Part shown: positions 6,840 to 15,817 of the stretch, one piece after another
Numbering within the stretch: position 1 is the first letter of the stretch
Layout: each line of letters opens with the position of its first letter
Assembly: GCA_965369865.1 (NCBI GenBank)
Contig: CBDURU010000082.1
Span: forward strand, 1-17,083
DNA length: 17,083 nt
Direction: 5' to 3'
From: an uncultured bacterium
Lineage (GTDB): Bacteria > JAJVIF01 > JAPKYR01
Program-made: the position numbers and the translations under genes
Notes under the pieces: generated by a model
Told to the model about the DNA's origin: nothing
The model's input: only the letters and a program-made list of their open reading frames with translations
Database searches by the model: none

Positions 6840-8246
6840 ATGGACATCAAGATGGTTATAGAAGAGCCAGATATGGTAGCTGTGTCTCCGGCGACATACT
6901 TTATAAGGACATTCGGGTGCCAGATGAATGTCGCGGACAGCCTAATATACGCGAGGGTTCTCGAATCGCTTGGATTTATCAAGAGTGAAACCGAAGAAGA
7001 AGCCGATGTCCTGGTGATAAACACATGCAGCGTACGGAATAAAGCCGAGGAAAAAGCTATCAGCTACGTTGGGTCGGTTTCGAAGAAAAGGTTGGATCAC
7101 AGAGCGGGAATGAAGAATCAAAATCGAGGCGGCATAGTTTTTGTCGGATGCATGGCGACTGTAAGGGGCGATGAGATGCTGTCGAGATTCCGGGATGTAA
7201 AGGCTATTGTCCCTGCGAAGGAGCTTGATGCTTTTGAAGATCGGATTTTATCTACTTTCCCCGATCTGGCGCGTCAACATGTTGAGGTAAAAGAACTCCC
7301 CCTGCTGAGGCCAGAGGAGAAATATGAACGTTTCGTGCCGATTGTCAGGGGATGCATAAACCGCTGCACATATTGTATCGTCCCCCTTGCCCGCGGAGGG
7401 AGAATCAATAGCCGTAACCCATCTGAAATTTTCAGTGAAGTGGAAAGCCTGATCGGGTCCGGGGTGAAATCGATCACTTTTCTGGGCCAGAATGTATGTT
7501 CTTACGGGACCGAATCCCCACCCGGCTGGGATAAATTTCCCGATGGTTACGGAATTGTGCATCTGTTGTCGGATATCCGCGACAGGTTCGGTAAATCCGG
7601 CGCCTGGTTTAAATTTCTGACGAGCCACCCTCGTGATGTGGATGAAAAACTGATCGAAGTTGTCGCCGTCCATGAATCATTCTCAAAGCATTTTCATCTG
7701 CCGCTCCAGGCTGGCGATGACGGGATTCTGAAACGTATGGCAAGGGGCTACAGTTCGGAAAAATACCTCGATCTGATCGAAATGGTCCGAACCAGGATTC
7801 CCGACGCCAGGATAACGACGGACCTGATTGTCGGATTTCCGGGAGAAGATGAAAAGGCATTCGAAAAAACACTTGAAATGGTAAAGGTAATCAGGTTCGA
7901 CGCGGCTTTTACTTTTCTCTATTCACCGCGAGCTGAAACCCCTGCAGAAAAATGGGCCGATCCGGTGCCGATTGAAATAAAAAAACGCAGGCTCCAGGAA
8001 TTGATCCAGGTGCAGAATCAAATCACAATGGAAAAAGCGACTCTAAAAGTGGGTGAGGAACGTAATGTGCTCGTTGGGGGTCCCGCGAAAAGGCGGGATA
8101 ACATGGTGGCCGGTCGAACCAGGGACGAGGAAGTGGTGGTCTTAAAGGGAAACGAAAATGATTATGGAAATTTTATAAGAGTGCGATTGGTCGAAGCGAA
8201 ACAGAGGTCTTTTAGCGGTGAGAGAATCGAATATGAAACGGGTTGA
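6840..8246 (+). CDS. miaB: tRNA-i6A37 methylthiotransferase (radical SAM)
   Basis: N-terminal TFGCQMN..DS, NTCSVR.KAE.K and GCMA; radical SAM motif GCINRCTYC; LGQNV, TSHPRD, TTDLIVGFPGE and F.YSPR..TPA; C-terminal TRAM domain. Start uncertain (ATG 6840, 6852 or 6873). Confidence 0.93.
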   Translation: MDIKMVIEEPDMVAVSPATYFIRTFGCQMNVADSLIYARVLESLGFIKSETEEEADVLVINTCSVRNKAEEKAISYVGSVSKKRLDHRAGMKNQNRGGIVFVGCMATVRGDEMLSRFRDVKAIVPAKELDAFEDRILSTFPDLARQHVEVKELPLLRPEEKYERFVPIVRGCINRCTYCIVPLARGGRINSRNPSEIFSEVESLIGSGVKSITFLGQNVCSYGTESPPGWDKFPDGYGIVHLLSDIRDRFGKSGAWFKFLTSHPRDVDEKLIEVVAVHESFSKHFHLPLQAGDDGILKRMARGYSSEKYLDLIEMVRTRIPDARITTDLIVGFPGEDEKAFEKTLEMVKVIRFDAAFTFLYSPRAETPAEKWADPVPIEIKKRRLQELIQVQNQITMEKATLKVGEERNVLVGGPAKRRDNMVAGRTRDEEVVVLKGNENDYGNFIRVRLVEAKQRSFSGERIEYETG

Positions 8247-8281
8247 AAGATCGCAGATTTACAGCTATGAACTCCGGTTAC

Positions 8282-8308
8282 TGATATAATTGATATAATT
8301 GATTTAAT
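8282..8308 (+). promoter_or_regulatory. Three tandem 9-bp units resembling extended -10 elements
   Basis: TGATATAAT TGATATAAT TGATTTAAT in the intergenic gap after miaB. Confidence 0.5.
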
Positions 8309-8336
8309 AAAGGCCCATCAATCAGCCTTCATCCTG

Positions 8337-8879
8337 ATGCTACTAACCCGGTTCGACATATCAGCAAAACGATTCAACCCATTATGGCTGATAGTGGGCG
8401 CAATTATCGGACGCGCGATCGGACTGATCGCGGGACTCAATTTCCAGCAATGGTATTTCGCCACTACCGGACCGCTTGTCGGGTGGCAGATATTTGGGAT
8501 CATCTTTTTCGCGCTTCTCTTTTCATTCCTGATGACATCAAATGCCGGTTTGAATCTGAAATTCGCACTGCTTGGACTTGGAGCCGCGTTCGCGATAGTG
8601 CTGTACGGCGGCGAGATATGGGCAATGTTCCAGGCCGGACGTTCGCCCGCATGGTTCACAGGCATGACGACATCCGAGGGGATCTTTTTCGAATGGCTTC
8701 TCATTCACGCTACATGGATAGGCGGGATCGTGGGGATGATCGTTGGATTAATCGTTCAGAAAAAATTAACAGCGGTAAAAATCGCAACTCCGGATTCTCA
8801 AAATTCAACCCCTGATAGCACCAAAACAACAGCCGTATCCGATTCCAGGGACATTACCGGTGAAAACGAACAGGACTGA
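8337..8879 (+). CDS. Hypothetical membrane protein, about 4 TM helices
   Basis: Four hydrophobic Gly-rich segments and a polar C-terminal tail. Overlaps the next gene by 20 nt. Confidence 0.75.
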   Translation: MLLTRFDISAKRFNPLWLIVGAIIGRAIGLIAGLNFQQWYFATTGPLVGWQIFGIIFFALLFSFLMTSNAGLNLKFALLGLGAAFAIVLYGGEIWAMFQAGRSPAWFTGMTTSEGIFFEWLLIHATWIGGIVGMIVGLIVQKKLTAVKIATPDSQNSTPDSTKTTAVSDSRDITGENEQD

Positions 8880-10527
8880 AACGCTCGTTTCGTTTGTAAC
8901 TGTAGCCCTTATCGGGATCGTTTACCTTCGCTTCCTGAACCACAGGTATTTTGTCGATGGGTTGAATGTGGCATGGATTCTTGAAACTCAAGACAATTTA
9001 TTCATCCATCCTCATCACCCGCTCTTCCCGCTTTTATTACAAGTGTTATATAAATTAATCGGTGGAGACAGCAGCGGGGTCGATTCTCTCGGCCTGATCG
9101 TAATCTGGTCGGTCCTGTCTGGCGTGCTGGCAATCTGGGGACTGCAGCATATTTTAAAGACAATCGGTCTGCCGCGCCCCGCGATTATTTTTTCAATTCT
9201 CCTGTTCGCGTTTTCGAACGCTACCTGGTATTTCAGCTCAACCCCTAACCAATACACAACCGCCCTTGCGATGCATGTTTTCACTGTAATTTACCTCGTA
9301 CCAGTCATAACCGGTAGAGCGGTCCTGACACCGAGAACCGCAATAATAATCGGAATATTAACAGGGCTTTCGATTCTCTCTCATCAGATTAACGCGTTGT
9401 TACTGATCCCGGTTTTTTATATCGGCTGGACATCAGGGGACAGGTTGAAGAACACAGGAATTTCTATTGGATCAGTGGTTTTGATTGCAGTTCTTTTTAC
9501 AATATTTTCCGGAATCGCTTTCGAAGGAGTCCGGTCATTTTCCGATTTCATTTCATGGCAGAAGTCATATGTCGTACGCTCGATGTACTGGGCTGAAGGC
9601 CCGGTTGATTCTATAACCCGTTCATTCAGGGGGATGATCGAGCTCCATCTCGCGCATGTTTTTCATCTTGAAGGATTATTTGGAAACTGGAATGACAGCT
9701 CCGGGTCTTCCACATGGTACTGGAGATTAATTCTCCGGTTCGCCCAGGCTTACACACTGATTTTCATTGGTTATGAAACGGTAAAATCACTGTTGGAATG
9801 GATTAAAGCCCGTCCACGCCTCTCGATTCAGACACTCGGACTTTTATGCGCCATGCCATTTTTTATTTTCTCATTTTTCTTTACACCCGACTCCACTAAT
9901 TACCGCCTCTTCTACCTCCCCGGATTCATCCTTTTTCTTGCCCCGGCACTGGTGAGGCATTTTCAACTTGAGAAATTTGAAATAAAAAAAGCGTGGCCGC
10001 TCGTACTTTTGATAATCGCGCTGTTCACAACCAATTTTTCGGTAAAATTCCTGCCCGAATCCGATCCGTCGAAGAACCCTTTCATTGCCGAAGCCGGGTT
10101 GATCGCGGAGTGGGTCGGGACAGGGGATTTGCTGGTCTATTCGGGAGCAGGGGAGGATTATTTCCGGATGCATTACATGAGGTATTTTACGCTTGCCGAT
10201 GTGGCAATCCTACCCGAATTAATCGACGCGATCCGTAACAATCCAGAGGACCTTGTGGCCGATATCAAAAATCGCGATGTGAATGGGAACGTGATATATA
10301 TTCACGAGGACGCGCTATATTCTGTGGAGGATGTGGAATGGTTGAATGAGTTGTACGGAACCGATATCGGGCAAAAGGAGTTCCTTGAGTTCATTTCTGA
10401 ATACATTGTGGTTATAAGGAGCATCGAGGTCAATGAGAAGGATTACATACTGGTAGCGCCGTATGTTGAGGACGTTGAAGAAGAATTTCCGGGAGAAGAA
10501 TTTGAAGCGGAAGCGGAATCCAATTGA
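8860..10527 (+). CDS. Polytopic membrane protein, probable GT-C fold glycosyltransferase (ArnT/PMT/DUF2723-like)
   Basis: First TM followed by a loop with D (YFVDG) and HPHHPL, about 11-12 TM segments, GLSILSHQ and NYRLFYLP, then a soluble acidic C-terminal domain. Family assignment is inferred from topology. Confidence 0.65.
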   Translation: MKTNRTETLVSFVTVALIGIVYLRFLNHRYFVDGLNVAWILETQDNLFIHPHHPLFPLLLQVLYKLIGGDSSGVDSLGLIVIWSVLSGVLAIWGLQHILKTIGLPRPAIIFSILLFAFSNATWYFSSTPNQYTTALAMHVFTVIYLVPVITGRAVLTPRTAIIIGILTGLSILSHQINALLLIPVFYIGWTSGDRLKNTGISIGSVVLIAVLFTIFSGIAFEGVRSFSDFISWQKSYVVRSMYWAEGPVDSITRSFRGMIELHLAHVFHLEGLFGNWNDSSGSSTWYWRLILRFAQAYTLIFIGYETVKSLLEWIKARPRLSIQTLGLLCAMPFFIFSFFFTPDSTNYRLFYLPGFILFLAPALVRHFQLEKFEIKKAWPLVLLIIALFTTNFSVKFLPESDPSKNPFIAEAGLIAEWVGTGDLLVYSGAGEDYFRMHYMRYFTLADVAILPELIDAIRNNPEDLVADIKNRDVNGNVIYIHEDALYSVEDVEWLNELYGTDIGQKEFLEFISEYIVVIRSIEVNEKDYILVAPYVEDVEEEFPGEEFEAEAESN

Positions 10528-10551
10528 CCCGGACGTACCCCTTGTGGGAAA

Positions 10552-11067
10552 ATGAATGCTATGCCATCGAGTGTCCGTATACTTGGAATCGATCCCGGTT
10601 TGTCCCGATGCGGATACGCCGTGATCGATTATGATGGCAGGACACCCGACCCGGTTGAATACGGGCTGATCAAAACCAGTCCTAAAGATGAAACCACCAA
10701 GCGACTGGGCGAAATTTATAAGGAGATCGGTCGGGTGATCGATGAATTCAAACCGGATGAATTCGCAATCGAAAGGGTTTATTTTCATCGCAATGTGTCA
10801 ACGGCAATCGATGTCGCGATGGTGATGGGAGCCTTGATCTCCCTGGCTGTCGAGCGTGGATTGATCGCCAGGCAATATACTCCTCTCCAGATTAAAAGAG
10901 CGATTACAGGTGCAGGCCGGGCAAGTAAAGACCAGGTCCAGAAGATGATCCAGATTCTCTACAAGCTGGAGGAAATTCCGAAACCCGCCGATGTCGCCGA
11001 TGCACTCGCTGCCGCTTTAACACACGCGCATATGAGAAACTACCCCGAGGAACGGTCGGTAGGATAG
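10552..11067 (+). CDS. ruvC: Holliday junction resolvase RuvC
   Basis: RILGIDPG...CGY.VI, AIE.VYF..NV.TA, YTP.QIK.A.TG.GRA.K.QVQ.M and PADVADALA.A, with all four acidic catalytic positions present. Confidence 0.97.
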   Translation: MNAMPSSVRILGIDPGLSRCGYAVIDYDGRTPDPVEYGLIKTSPKDETTKRLGEIYKEIGRVIDEFKPDEFAIERVYFHRNVSTAIDVAMVMGALISLAVERGLIARQYTPLQIKRAITGAGRASKDQVQKMIQILYKLEEIPKPADVADALAAALTHAHMRNYPEERSVG

Positions 11068-11077
11068 GGTGAACATT

Positions 11078-11698
11078 ATGTATGCATTCATTGAGGGAGA
11101 AATAATCGAAAAGTCCGACGACTCCATCGTGATCCGTCCGGACGGGACGGGACTCGGACTTGAGATCAGGGTCGCGCCGAGAACCTCGTTTGAGCTTCCG
11201 GGTGTGGGGCAATCTACGAGAATTTACACATCGTTCCAGGTCAAGGAAGATTCCCAGACGCTTTTCGGCTTTGGAAGTATTCCCGAGAAGGAAATTTTCG
11301 AGGTTTTACTAAAAATCAGCGGGGTCGGAGGGAAAACCGCCCTGGCGATACTTGACCTTCCGAGGGATCGAATAGTGGAAGCGATCGCTGCCGGTGATTC
11401 AGCGGTGTTGACCCGTGTAAATGGGGTTGGCGCTAAAACGGCTGCGCGGATTGTCCTGGAACTTAAGGACAAATTCGCCGAAGAACTCATGGAAGAATGG
11501 GCGGGGGACATCATCCCGGCCGGATTGGAAAGCGGGGCGGGTGCTGGAAAGGAATTTTCAGAGGCGGTCGAAGCCCTGGTGGAACTCGGATATCATCGTA
11601 CCGACGCCAGAACAGCGGTCCGCCGGGCACGGGGGACTATTGGGGATGAAGTTTCCGCTGAGGAGCTTCTGAGGTATGTGCTCCAGCATGCCGGGTGA
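11078..11698 (+). CDS. ruvA: Holliday junction branch migration protein RuvA
   Basis: MYAFIEG, VKEDSQTLFGF, HhH motifs ISGVGGKTALAIL and VNGVGAKTAARIVLELKDK, and C-terminal EAVEALVELGY. Confidence 0.97.
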   Translation: MYAFIEGEIIEKSDDSIVIRPDGTGLGLEIRVAPRTSFELPGVGQSTRIYTSFQVKEDSQTLFGFGSIPEKEIFEVLLKISGVGGKTALAILDLPRDRIVEAIAAGDSAVLTRVNGVGAKTAARIVLELKDKFAEELMEEWAGDIIPAGLESGAGAGKEFSEAVEALVELGYHRTDARTAVRRARGTIGDEVSAEELLRYVLQHAG

Positions 11699-11705
11699 GG
11701 GGAAC

Positions 11706-14273
11706 ATGTCCAGTGGCGATATATCACCTGGGAAAAAATTCTGGGCAAACTCCGATTTACTACCAATCCTGATTATCATTGTGTGGGCTGTAATCCAGAT
11801 GTACCCGTTCACACTGGGCGGAAAAGCAATGATGCCCGATACATGGAAATCGATTCATCCATGGGCGCGCGGGATCGACCTTGAAGAGAACCAGACCAAT
11901 ATTTTCGATACCGTGCTTGAATACAATACCTGGTACCAGTACTCCCAGGAGTCGCTCCGTGAAGGAAGGGTCCCGCACTGGAACCCGTGGCAGTTCTCCG
12001 GGGCGCCGCTCTACGCCAACCGCTTGATCCCCTATTTTTTCCCTCCCTTTATAATTGCCGAACTTATCGCGAGTCCGCACCGGATTGTGGGGATGTTCCA
12101 GTTATTCAACCTGATCCTGTCGGGCATGGGGATGTATTTCCTTTTCAAACGATGGAAGCTCAGGAAGGAGGTTTCGGTCGCGAGCGCGGTTCTATGGATG
12201 ACGAGCGGTGCGCATTTCCTTCCATTCCCACCCCAACTTCTCGGCGCTATCGGGTTCCCGTGGCTCCTGTGGGCACTCGAGGGATTCATTGAAAAACCAT
12301 CGGCGAAATATATCGGGATCGCGGGATTCATCCTGGGCATGATCCTCATGACCGGCTACCCGATCACGATTATCCATTTCAGTTACTTCATTGTGATTTA
12401 TTTTATCGGACGATGGATTATGCGCAGGCGGACGGGTGAAGGACGTCTTCACTGGACTATTCCACTGCTTGTTCTGGTAGCTGTTTACGTGATCGGGTTC
12501 GGAGTGTCGGCAATTTCGACTGTCCCCACCATAAATTACTCTCAGGAGACAGTTCGGAAGATCGCCGGTTTCACTGACCGCGCGTCTGAACCGGATATAA
12601 GACTGTTGATCACATCTCCCGAGGAAATCGGCCACGATCCGATACTGGAGCGATTCGGGGATCGGACGGATACGCTCCTCCCGATCAACGGACGAGGCAC
12701 GGCGCATGCATGGAAATACGGGGGCATTATCGTTTATTTTCTTGGGCTGATCGGAATTTTCTCTCTCAGGCCAAGGGCGATACTTCTCGCGATACCCGGC
12801 CTCCTGTTCGCAATTTTGATCTGGCAACCGGAAATTCAAATCGCCCTTCTCGATTTTCTGCCCGGATGGCGTGTCAGTATAATCCCGCCGATCCAGGTGT
12901 TGAATCTTATAATGTACCTCTTAGCGGCAATCGGACTCGATTCGTTCTTAGGTGAAAAATACAGTCTGAAAACTCCAGCGAAAATCCTGACGATAATTTT
13001 CGCCGGATTCTGTATCTGGTTCACATACCGGTTTCTCAAAGTCGCGCCTGTAATTAATCTCCCGATCCTGAATGAGGCCGCCGACCCGAACCTGCTCGCG
13101 TACAGCGGATTTCACAGGTTTTATCTTGTAGCATTCATATTTCTGTCATTGTTGATTACGATCGGGATTTTCGTGTCGCGTAAATTCAAACTCCTGATGT
13201 GGGGGACAACAGTTGGAGTGCTCGTATTCTCCCTGACAACGTTCTGGTATCTGCAGCCTGTTTATTCCGAAAAAAATTACACTCCCGAAACACCGTTCAC
13301 CGTTTGGGTGGATGAGAATATGACTGTCGATATCAGTGAAGCCGGGGGCGGGAACAGGGTCGCGCGATGGGCGTTGCTCGATACGCCTTTCAATCCCGAC
13401 AAGAAACAGAAAAGCCCGTTTATCCCGAACCTCCATATTCCGTACAGGCTTCTGGATGTCGGCGGATACGATTCGCTGGTCCCAAGGCGGTTTATAGAAT
13501 ACTGCACGCTGTTTGAGGATTCGTTCATGAGTTACCGGGCATTGATGGCATTCGAGGCGCCATCGACTATGTATCATCCAGCTTTCAGGAAAATGGGAAT
13601 CCGCTGGATCATCTCGCTCGGTGAGTTACCGGATGAATCGCAGGAGGGATGTACACTGAGATGGGACGATCGCTACGACGGCGACCAGGACGGTACGGAC
13701 GATATGAAGGATTTTATCCAGGTGTGGGAGGTCGATGAGCCGGAACCGAGAGCGTTTCTGACAAGACGGATTGCGTATGCAAGCGATGCGGATGACAGTC
13801 CGCTCGTGCAGTCCGCAAACTGGGCCGCCCGGAGAATAAATGTCGTGGTAGTTGAAAATCCGGAACAGGAGAACCGCACTCCTGCATTTCCTGAAGATTT
13901 TGAAACAGAGGATGAGATTGAATTCTCTATCGGTGATATTGAATTCACGCATGATGATCCTGAATATCTTTCGATAGATGTCAACGCTCCTGAAGACTGC
14001 TACCTGGTCCTTCGCGATGGGTGGTTTCCTGAATGGGAAGCATGGCTGGATGGTGCGGAAACTGAAATTTACCCGGCCGATTACGCGTTCCGGGCGGTTT
14101 TCGTTCCAGCGGGGGAACATACGATCGAGTTCAGGTATGTTCCACGGAGTTTCTACCTGGGAATATGGATCTCTGTCTGTACGCTGGCTATAATTTTCTT
14201 ACTTGTGTTTCCATATATACCAGGTATTAACCATTTTTGGCCACTGCGGATTGATCTACAGGTTTCCGGATGA
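11706..14273 (+). CDS. YfhO-family membrane protein (GT-C fold glycosyltransferase-like)
   Basis: G.VPHWNPWQFSGAPLYAN, many TM helices, GGYDS and C-terminal LVL.D.WFP.W.A.LDG....IYPADYAFRAV.VPAGEH.IEF.Y.P. ATG 11706 follows SD GAGGGG. Confidence 0.88.
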   Translation: MSSGDISPGKKFWANSDLLPILIIIVWAVIQMYPFTLGGKAMMPDTWKSIHPWARGIDLEENQTNIFDTVLEYNTWYQYSQESLREGRVPHWNPWQFSGAPLYANRLIPYFFPPFIIAELIASPHRIVGMFQLFNLILSGMGMYFLFKRWKLRKEVSVASAVLWMTSGAHFLPFPPQLLGAIGFPWLLWALEGFIEKPSAKYIGIAGFILGMILMTGYPITIIHFSYFIVIYFIGRWIMRRRTGEGRLHWTIPLLVLVAVYVIGFGVSAISTVPTINYSQETVRKIAGFTDRASEPDIRLLITSPEEIGHDPILERFGDRTDTLLPINGRGTAHAWKYGGIIVYFLGLIGIFSLRPRAILLAIPGLLFAILIWQPEIQIALLDFLPGWRVSIIPPIQVLNLIMYLLAAIGLDSFLGEKYSLKTPAKILTIIFAGFCIWFTYRFLKVAPVINLPILNEAADPNLLAYSGFHRFYLVAFIFLSLLITIGIFVSRKFKLLMWGTTVGVLVFSLTTFWYLQPVYSEKNYTPETPFTVWVDENMTVDISEAGGGNRVARWALLDTPFNPDKKQKSPFIPNLHIPYRLLDVGGYDSLVPRRFIEYCTLFEDSFMSYRALMAFEAPSTMYHPAFRKMGIRWIISLGELPDESQEGCTLRWDDRYDGDQDGTDDMKDFIQVWEVDEPEPRAFLTRRIAYASDADDSPLVQSANWAARRINVVVVENPEQENRTPAFPEDFETEDEIEFSIGDIEFTHDDPEYLSIDVNAPEDCYLVLRDGWFPEWEAWLDGAETEIYPADYAFRAVFVPAGEHTIEFRYVPRSFYLGIWISVCTLAIIFLLVFPYIPGINHFWPLRIDLQVSG

Positions 14274-14298
14274 TTATGATTCAAGTGAGAAATGAAAA

Positions 14299-14418
14299 AA
14301 ACCGTAGAACAGCACGGCAGTGCGTCTTCCACCTTAAAACAATCCATTCGATGCACTGCCATTCGACGCACTGCCATTCGACGCACTGCCGTGCTGTTCT
14401 ACGGTTTGTCGTTTTTTC
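14299..14418. repeat. GTAG-type REP doublet (REPIN-like) with internal 15-bp triplication
   Basis: Perfect 28-bp inverted arms 14299-14326 and 14380-14407, core GTAGAACAGCACGGCAGTGCGTC. CCATTCGA(T/C)GCACTG x3 at 14344-14388. Confidence 0.9.
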
Positions 14419-14504
14419 GAGGGCTAAAAATGATTAATTTTTCGTATAGTAGGATGCAAGGTCGGAAGGGAAATTAAAACCAGAATAACCAATCAGGTTG
14501 GAAT

Positions 14505-15653
14505 TCAACCACGTTTGGGCCAGGGAAGGTCGGGACAGACCTTGCAGTATACATCGACCGTCGCCCACATTGAATTTTCGATAGTCAGGTTTGTTAAAAT
14601 TCGCCCGGCGATAATTTCGACCTTTCCATGCGTACTTTCAGGATCATTCAGGACTTCCAGAATTTTATCAGCAAGCGCTTTTGGATCATTGATGGGGATG
14701 AGAAAATCCTCAAATTCATCGCCAAGAAATTCAGCTACACCGCATCCATATGTCGAAATAACCGGAGTACCGGACACGATTCCTTCTATTACTACCCGTC
14801 CAAATGCTTCAGCGATCCGAGACGGCATCGCGACACAATCCGCAGCGGCGTAAACGACGGGCATATTTCCCATGTGACCAGCAAATTTAACCCGGTCATG
14901 GAGATTAAGGTTTCCCGCGATCAATTTAAGCTCGTCGAGGTATTTTTCTTTCCTCCCGTGTGCCGAACCGACGAAAACACAGTACGGTTTTGGATCGGGC
15001 ATCATGGCAAGGGCTTCGATAAGCAAATCCCATCCCTTCAAACGTGTAATGCGTCCCACCCCAACAATAAGTTGAGAGTCCGGCGGAATACCCCATTCTT
15101 CACGTAAACGGGTTCCCGCCCCGGAATCCGGAGTTGCGAAGTCGGCTTTTGAAAATCCCCTGGGAACGACGGCAATTCTATGTGAATCACAACCGAGAGA
15201 GATCATGTGGTCGCGAATCATGCCGGATGTCGCAATTACACGTTCTCCCCGGCACATCACGCGTGAATACCAGAACGGTTCGTAGTACGCCTGCGCCTCG
15301 ATTACTAATGGGGGTGTATGGGAATCACCTTTCCGTGTCGCGAGATGCGCGACCCAGGCCGGTACCCTTGAATGCGCACATACAAGATGGATCCCTTCTT
15401 GAGCAATAATTCTGGTTAATTTTCTCGCGCAGGAAATAATTGAAAAGGGATTTTTATTGTGTACTGGAAGCTCAATATGCTTAATCCCCGCTTTGTTGAG
15501 CCTGTCGAGCCATATCCCGCCTGCACTTACGACAATCGAGGTTACCCCGTGATTTCCGAGCCAGGTCACCTTCTCGATAACGCCACGCTCAAGCCCGCCT
15601 TCTTTAAGTTCGGGAAGAAGATGGAGAGTTCGGATATGGGACGAATCCTGCAT
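14505..15653 (-). CDS. Glycosyltransferase family 4 (GT-B)
   Basis: LP.L..GG.ER, HSRVPAW, VGRITRLKG, F.GH and PS...EAFGRVVIEG (E-x7-E signature). Confidence 0.93.
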   Translation of the reverse strand: MQDSSHIRTLHLLPELKEGGLERGVIEKVTWLGNHGVTSIVVSAGGIWLDRLNKAGIKHIELPVHNKNPFSIISCARKLTRIIAQEGIHLVCAHSRVPAWVAHLATRKGDSHTPPLVIEAQAYYEPFWYSRVMCRGERVIATSGMIRDHMISLGCDSHRIAVVPRGFSKADFATPDSGAGTRLREEWGIPPDSQLIVGVGRITRLKGWDLLIEALAMMPDPKPYCVFVGSAHGRKEKYLDELKLIAGNLNLHDRVKFAGHMGNMPVVYAAADCVAMPSRIAEAFGRVVIEGIVSGTPVISTYGCGVAEFLGDEFEDFLIPINDPKALADKILEVLNDPESTHGKVEIIAGRILTNLTIENSMWATVDVYCKVCPDLPWPKRG

Positions 15654-15817
15654 CGCGGGATATTCTACCTTAAAATCATGAAAGAATGGTTTGTAATAGC
15701 TGGCTTGGGATTGCCTCCTTGATGGAGGAAGTTAAAGCGGGTATCATACGTTCTCGATTCAGTATCCCGGATATATTGCGAGAATGTAAAATAAATTATC
15801 ACTTTTGAGGTTTGAAA

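Noticed and set aside
6755..7024. N-terminal 90 aa of the listed 239-aa NUDIX ORF
   Set aside because: Mostly antisense to miaB and spans the divergent intergenic gap; the Nudix fold starts at Met91.
10552..11067. RuvC-domain Cas12/TnpB-type nuclease
   Set aside because: It is a 171-aa stand-alone resolvase with canonical RuvC motifs next to ruvA.
11676..11705. Upstream start of the YfhO-family ORF
   Set aside because: Overlaps the ruvA end; ATG 11706 has a well-placed SD.
14153..14477. Short ORFs 14292-14477 (+) and 14153-14386 (-) with repeated RRTAI / RRMAV peptides
   Set aside because: The peptide repeats are translations of the 15-bp DNA triplication in the REP doublet.
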